DNA from: Cycas panzhihuaensis
Lineage: Eukaryota > Plantae > Cycadophyta
DNA length: 64,000 nucleotides
Direction: 5' to 3'
Assembly: GCA_023213395.1 (NCBI GenBank)
Contig: CM041465.1
Coordinates: forward strand, 72,547,741-72,611,740
The position numbers and the translations under genes were made by a program. Positions 56,201 through 64,000 of this stretch are shown here, in pieces (position 1 is the stretch's first letter; each line of letters begins with the position of its first letter). The notes below the pieces were generated by a model, which saw only the letters and a program-made list of their open reading frames with translations, was not told the origin of the DNA and did no database searches.

Positions 56201-56845
56201 AAGAGAGGGATAATGAGGGTTTAATTGGTTTAGTTTACATTTTTATTCATAACTCAAAAAATCTCTAAAAAACTCTACAAACTTATATTTAATAGAACGC
56301 TTATGCTTTCAGGAAGATTTTAAGAATACTTTTAATGACTAAAGTTGAGAAAATAGGGAGAAATCAATAGTAGAAGATTCAAACCCACACCTTAGGCTTT
56401 TTAAGACTTTTTGCTTCCTAAGATAGATTTTATAGACGAAGCTTTGGAATAGCAGACTCTACTACTTAAAATATCTCTACTGGTGAAATTTTGTGATAAA
56501 CTAAGTACTTCAATTTTTTGACTATATAAGGTTGTATAGATCCATACAAAAAATACGAAGTCATCAAGCATTATTCTTTCTCCTTTTCCAAAAGATTAAT
56601 ATTTGATATCCCTACCTAACTTGTTGTGATACTATGTTGAAAAATAGATTTAGAAACAAAATGATCTTCATTGATTAATGGGAGAGATATTCTCTCTCTT
56701 ATATATAATTGATTTACATAAGAGTCCTAATACATGTATGACAAGTGCCATTTTTAAACTAAAGAGGGACAATAATATATACCCCTCCATTTATATAAGA
56801 GACCTTTAAGTACAAGACATAGGATAAAATATTAATATTCTAACA

Positions 56846-57305
56846 TGAATAGGTCACCTAAACTACAATTGTCTCTAATTCGTTCATAAGTCAAAATGAT
56901 ACATGTGTAAACCCTATATATTTAGAAAACAACACAAAGAATCATTTCTAAAAAATAAAGTATGGAGAGCTAGTGAGAAGTTGGTATTAGATCAATCAGA
57001 TATCTATGGACTAATGCTTTTCATCTCACTAAGTAGAGCAAGATATTTTATTACTTTTATTGTAGACTTTTTATAGAAAGTCTAGGTTTTTCTACTAAGA
57101 GAAAAATTACAAGCCTTTACTTACTTCAAATAGTTTAAGGAGTTGGCAAAGAATAAAAGTAAATAGAAGATAAAGGTCATATAAACTAATAATGGTGGAT
57201 AGTTTACTTTTAATGAGTTCAATCAATTTTGTAAGGATCATGGAATTAAGAGACAGTTTTCTATAACCTATATGCCCCAACAGAATGGAGTTGTTAAATG
57301 TAAGA
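56846..57305 (+). pseudogene. Copia A GAG-pre-integrase and integrase fragment
   Basis: Paralogue of 1429-1887 (GHLN, SDIYG, PQQNGVV). Confidence 0.85.
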
Positions 57306-59544
57306 TGCACCAAACCCCAATGGTTCTTCAACCTCAAGCACAAAAGGTAGGAAATATGGTAGCCAACATTTGATTTTATTATCAATAAAAACCAAATTAT
57401 AACTTAGATTTCTTAAGAGCATTTTGAGTATAAATAGACATTGAATAGACACTAACAAATAGTATTGTAGTACAGCCTCTCAAGGAAGAACATAAAACTC
57501 AATAATCATTCTTTTATAAAACTTGGCCTTAAATAAGTATGCAAGACCTCTTTATAACAAATCTCATTAGTAGCAAAATGGCCTTAAACTCTATTGGTAG
57601 GTGTAAGTGACCTATATACACAAATTAATAACTAATACTAACCTTTTGATGATTAACACTCTAAGTGCTAGCTTAACCCACTCTACTTGTAGAGGGTAAA
57701 CATGTAGCATGCCCCCTCCCCTAAGATGTTGAGTCGTCGAAGGTAATAAGGAGGTGTAGTTGTTACTTAATAGATTTGTTAACTCCCATATTACTTCATT
57801 TAACTCAGAGCTGTCCCACTATACCAAATGTTTAAAAATAGTCTTATTCGTCAAGTGGTAATGGTGACTTGCAAGAATATAATCAAGGGGAATAGTGAGA
57901 TGTTATTCTTCATCTAAAACAAGTAAAGTAGATTAGGGTACTATGTTTTTTCCAAGGTATCTCTTAAGGAAAGAAATATAAAAGACATTATAGATTTTGG
58001 TATGGGAGGGAGTTTGAGGGTATAAGCGACTTCGCCAGTATGTTGAAAGATTGTGTAAGGGCCATAGTAACGAGGTCTTAGCTTGTGATTTCTATAATGT
58101 TTAAGGGACTTTTGTTTGTACGGTTAAAGGTAAAGGAAGACAAAATCGCCCTCATCAAAAGATCAATACAAGCGGTGGTAGTCAGGGAGTTATTTTATGC
58201 AATTTTAGGTGGCTAGCAATTTTGATTTCTAAGTGTATGAAGGATATATTCCATATCTTGAAGCTTTTGTTACATTGTTATAGTTCTATGATTGGTTGTT
58301 AAGGTGTGATATAATGGAGGAGAATATCCATATGAAGCCATGAAAGGTGACATATAAATAACTAAGTGGTGGCATGAGTTTACCAATATTTGGCAAGACC
58401 TAGCCATGATGTCCAATTATGTTAATGTTTCTAAAGTAAAACACCTTATATAAATTTTTAATATCTAATTTAAGACTTCTGATTGACCATCCATTTATGG
58501 GTGATAGGCAGATCTCATATTAAAAGAAGTCCCAAGAGCTCAAAAAAGTTCTTACTAGAATGTACTAGTAAATTTTGGGTCCCGATCACATACTATTATT
58601 GAAGGAAAACCATAGAGGTAAAAAATGGATTGAATATAAATATTCACAAGATGAGGAGCTTTGTATGAGGTATGGAGAACTAGGAAGTGAGCATACTTGG
58701 TGAGTCTATCGATAACCACCCATGTGGAATCAAAACCCATAAATATTTATAAGTTGGTGATAAGATCTATGGTAATATCTTACCATTTACCATGTGGTAT
58801 ATGTAGAGGATAAAGAAGACTAGGTTAGGACTTTATTTAAACCTTGTTCCTTTGGTACATATCGCATTCAGAGACAAATAAAAAGATTCAAGATTTCATG
58901 TTTAGCGAATAAAAATTTGATCAAATATAATGATAGGTTTTGGTAAATCCTGAGTGGCTACCAAGGGAAATGGAATGGTATTTAGACATAATTCTTAGGA
59001 TAAATGACAAAGTAGGGTGGATGAATATATAATTTTAATACAATAGTTGGGAATTATATAAAGACCAGTCTTTTTAGGAGTGGACCTTGGAGGCCCATTT
59101 TTTAAAATCTTGCTATGTATTATTCTCAATTATTAGGTCTACTAACCATAATGGTTTAGGCATGGAGATTCAATGGATGGATGATATATTAGGGGAATCC
59201 TCCATTAGAAGATAAGAGAAGGCATACACAATAACATTCTCTTTTTCCTTTTTATATGAAATCTCAAAATTAAAGATTTACAAGCAATCAATTCATTTTT
59301 CTTGCTCTTCAAATAGAGTTAGTTGGTTGAACAGGCAATGAAGGCTATTGTGGTTAGTCATAATAGTGAATTTAGAGCCCAAAAGATATTAGTGCTACTT
59401 ATTGACAATGTGTAAGATAACTTTCATTTCTTTTTTATATATGGATGAATGACATTCATGATCTTTAAGTTTCCTACTTTCAAATGTTATAGGGTAAAAG
59501 TCTTACATAAGAATAGCACCTAAACTAGAACCTAAGGTAGGGGT

Positions 59545-60668
59545 TGATCTGTTTCCTTATCTTTAATTTCATAATACTCTTAAAATGCCTTATTTTTCGT
59601 GTTTATAACCTTTATTTAGTAGAAAAATGCCTTAATATGCTTAAAAAATACAAAAAAAAAAGGTACAACCAAGTGCAACTGGGTGGTCTACAAGTGCAAC
59701 AAAGTGGACTACAAGTGCAACTAAGTGCAATCGAGTGGTCTAAAAGTGCAACCAAGTGCAACCACGTAGTTTACAAGTGCAACTAGTGAAACTGCAGGTG
59801 GATCGTAGTGCAACCAAAGGCATCGCAAGTGCAATAAAGGCATCGCAAAAAATGTAAAATGTAAAAAAAAATAGAAAAACGACAACATTTTTTATGGGGA
59901 AAACGGAGTCCATTTCACATGAAATTTTAGGACATTTTTACATATGTCCTCTATGCAATAAAAGAGAAAAACCCATTGATTAAATGGATTTAAGTGGGTT
60001 TTTTTAAACCGTTTATGAATTCATTAAAGAACTAAAAAATAGAAAAATCGTTGAGGAAGAAACTACGCACCATAGGGTTTTAAAACAGCAGGTTTTCTTC
60101 ATGGAAGACATGGGAGGATGCCCAGCAGCCATAAGTACAGCAAGAGGAGCAAGATTCGAGGAAAGTTTGTCTAAAATTACTTTCCGAAAAGAAAGAATGG
60201 CTCCAAGATAGAAAATCTGTGTAGGAGAGAAAGAAGGAACGAAAGTGCAAACAGACGAAAGGAGCGATAGAACAGCGCCCAAATCTGATCGTGGGGGTAG
60301 TGAAGGAGCTCAAGAAGGTGTAGTTGCAAAATTGAGGGAAGAAAAAATAAATTAGCCCAAGGAATAGGTGCCGATAGAATGCTTCTCCAAGAAAGGGATT
60401 TCTTTTGGTTATCGGCAACCAAAACTCCATGCATACTCCGTTGGCAGTGGTTCCAAAGAACGTGTAGTAGCCCGAAAAACACCCAGCACTCATTTCTTTT
60501 CTCACAACTTGCTATAGCAGTCCTTTGCATACTCAATAAAGCACAAACATAAGGAATTTTGTAAGAAAAATTTTAAATATCTTCAAATTAATGTAATATT
60601 ATTGTAAATTTATTCTGAACTTGTTTCAATTGGATTAAGTATTTACTTTTCCATTCAAATTCGGATCA
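59545..60668. mobile_element. Young 1124-bp solo LTR inserted after the duplication
   Basis: Termini TGATCTG...CGGATCA, exact 5-bp TSD GGGGT, absent at the paralogous site (~4125), many CpGs retained. Confidence 0.88.
59663..59850 (+). repeat. 11/22-bp-period AAGTGCAAC minisatellite inside the solo LTR
   Basis: Repeated CAAGTGCAAC and GTGGTCTA units, then AAAGGCATCGCAA twice. Confidence 0.9.
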
Positions 60669-62154
60669 GGGGTAACCAAAATAGAGGTAGAAGTCATGAA
60701 AACCTTAAGGTTGTTAAAGATTAGGTCTACCTCTAAAGACCATGCAAAAGCACATTTTTTAAGTAGGTTTATTAGTGGAGTTGTAATATATGCATAGTTT
60801 CAAATAAACCAACAATAAAACCCTATGAGACCCAAGAAAGCTCTAAGCTGGGTAAAATTTTTGGGTTTTTACTAGTTGGTTATCACAAAAATTTTATTAA
60901 GGTCAATTTAGACTCCATCTAACTAAATGATATAGCCCAAATACTAAAGCTCATTTTTTTTAAACTCATATTTGGATAATATAGCATAGAGTTTATGATG
61001 ATTGAGGATCTAAGAATAGTCTCCCCATGTTAGAGGTGAGTTTGTAAATTTAGGCTATATACTAAGATCTTATAAAAAGATAACAAATTATAGAAGACAT
61101 GATACAAAGATTTATTCATCAAGGCATGGAATGTTGCTAGATTATTTTAAATACTAAAAAGCATTACTTAAAATTCAATGTGTCCATGATGTGTGTGGAA
61201 AGTAGTTTTGGGATGATCTTCTTGGGTGACAGAAATTTTGTAGTACTTAGATTAAAGATCTAGCTTAGAAACAAATATGGCCCTATGTATCTCATCAAGC
61301 ATACCATCAATTTGAGGTATAGAAAATTTATTCTTAATCGTTATCGTATTAAATTTATGATAATCAACACGAAGGCAAAAAGACCCATCATTTTTCCTAA
61401 CTAGAATGGCAGCTATAGCATAAGCGCTTTTATTGGGCTAAATGGTGCCCATGTCCATTAACTCATTTGTGATTTTCTCAATTTTATTCTTTTGAAAATA
61501 TGAATTTCTATATGGGTGAAGATTAATGGGATGATAAGGGGTTTGTAGGTTAATGGAATGGTAGAAACCGTGATCTTGGGGAGGAGGGGGGGCAGGCAGT
61601 TATGGGAAGTGGAGTAAATATGTATTGATATTTGTGGAAAAGGTTATGGATATAATGGTGAATATTACCACGAGGTTAGATATTATTGATTCAAACAATA
61701 TAACTAGCGTTATTATTCAAATGCTTACGCATTTACTTATGAGATATAACTTGATGGGGGAGGGATTAAATGCCATATAGTTTATGTATTTAACTCATGT
61801 CGTCTTTGAATAAAATAAAAGGATTGTTAATGGAGTTGGTTTCATATTATATGCTCTTAGAGTTTGGATCTATTGGACTCTAAGAATGGCTTTATATCCT
61901 GCTATTGATAAGGCATAAAAATATGAAGTGAGTCAATAAGTATTGATTTAGACCTAAAGGTTTATAATTGTTTAGGCATAATGTAATATCTAGTGGCCAA
62001 GTAAAGAATAAATAAATCTAATTGTAGGAAGAATATAAAGGTTTAATTAACAACCTATGGAGATATCAATAAAATTTAAAGATGTACCACCATCAATCAA
62101 CATTAAATTAAGTGTTTTACAAAGGGTGTTTTGGGTAGAAATCAAAGGAAATAG

Positions 62155-62944
62155 TAGATAGGGAGATTTTTTTATGGGGGTCAAGTAGTAAAAAATCTTA
62201 CAGGGGCTCATCATCTAGCATAGGACGATGTCCAATAGTTACTTTAGTAATAAGACCACAAGTTTGAACAACCACCACTTCAAAAAGTAATAGCATCAAA
62301 GTATTAAATTTGTACAATTCAACTCCTAAGAATTAAAGAAGCTGAGAATTCCATAATCTAGAATCTAATATTACATTTCTATCCAAACCTTTAGTATAAT
62401 CTATTATACTCAACTCTATACCAAAATCAATATTCAGTCAAGTCCAATCCATAATCCAATATTTTGTTCCTATCTAAACTGGACTGAATTAAATATTGAC
62501 TATGATATGGACTTGAACAGGATAGATTATACTGAAGATTTAGATAGAAATAAAAAATTGGATTCTAGATTATGGAATTTTCAACTTATTTAACTCTTGG
62601 GAACTAAATTATGTAAATTTGATACTTTGAAACTTGTGGTCTTATTATTAAAATGACTATTGGACATCATCTTATACTAGCTGATGAGCCCCCATAAGAT
62701 TTGTCACCACCTAACTTCCACAATGAAATCTCCCTAACTAATATTCAATGCAATCTAATAAATAGGGAGGTTTCATTATAAGGGTCGAGTAGTGACAAAT
62801 CTTATAAGGGCTCATCATCATTCAGAACATCATTAACTATAGATAGATAGATAGATAAATCGATAGGTAGAGAGATTGCATTGTGAGGATCAAGTGGTGA
62901 CAAATCTTAAAGGGGCTTATCATCATCTAGCACATCATTGACTA
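62155..62944. mobile_element. Foldback palindrome (62155-62740) plus two extra terminal units, copy 2
   Basis: Paralogue of 5599-6416; ends GGGAGATTT...AAATCTCCC; short deletion in the right arm near 62625. Confidence 0.85.

Positions 62945-64000
<1,056 letters not shown>

Larger units (their letters stand above)
41706..56845 (-). mobile_element. Copia D: 5' LTR 56635-56845, gag-PR-INT-RT; 3' end deleted; hosts C and E
   Basis: Same LTR and gag as 1-1428. Two zinc knuckles at ~55170-55270, integrase at ~54000-54650, RT at 53267-53500 and 46890-47784 (ORF 46969-47196 HLNTTKQILRYIKG). The frame continues across C as KSAS|SYYFN to ~41710. Confidence 0.85.
57306..62154 (-). mobile_element. Gypsy chromovirus-like element F (3' LTR 57306-57709; 5' end missing)
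   Basis: Paralogue of 1888-5598; integrase ORF 58555-58740. Confidence 0.9.
55407..62944 (+). repeat. Segmental duplication, copy 2 (paralogous to 1-6416, plus a 1.1-kb insertion)
   Basis: Colinear with copy 1. ORFs 57107-57385 and 58555-58740 mirror 1665-1895 and 3138-3323. Confidence 0.97.

Noticed and set aside
59663-59850. Short repeats that could be mistaken for a CRISPR array
   Set aside because: Units are 11/22 bp with no unique spacers and no cas genes, in a eukaryotic TE context.
60013-60536. Overlapping 89-141 aa ORFs on the minus strand
   Set aside because: They lie in a solo LTR with no recognisable domain; they are open because the insert is young and more GC-rich.
55407-62944. 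Interpreting the duplicate as an assembly or haplotype artefact, or as giant LTRs
   Set aside because: About 8% divergence in the sampled stretch, private indels and a private insertion argue against artefact. The content is nested internal TE sequence without TG...CA ends.

Overview
AT-rich, heavily decayed plant heterochromatin made almost entirely of nested retrotransposons. I found no intact host gene. The main nest is a minus-strand Gypsy (G) that was split in its integrase zinc finger by Copia A. A in turn carries Copia B (itself holding a solo-LTR-like insert and a near full-length L1 LINE with RNase H), Copia D (holding Tnt1/Tork-like Copia C and RT-less Copia E) and a chromodomain Gypsy F. 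Positions 1-6416 recur at 55407-62944 (about 92% identity in a 180-bp hand count). The two halves of A and of host G appear in swapped order, which indicates slightly more than one unit of a ~55-56 kb tandem segmental duplication. Other elements: a ~610-bp foldback palindrome whose terminal unit repeats next to kilobase (TA)n arrays, several pol-less non-autonomous LTR elements, a young CpG-rich 1.1-kb solo LTR in only one duplicate, and a minus-strand cluster of exon-like segments at 18.5-19.5 kb (possible gene relic, product unknown). Element letters are my own labels. Boundaries were read by eye and no database search was possible.
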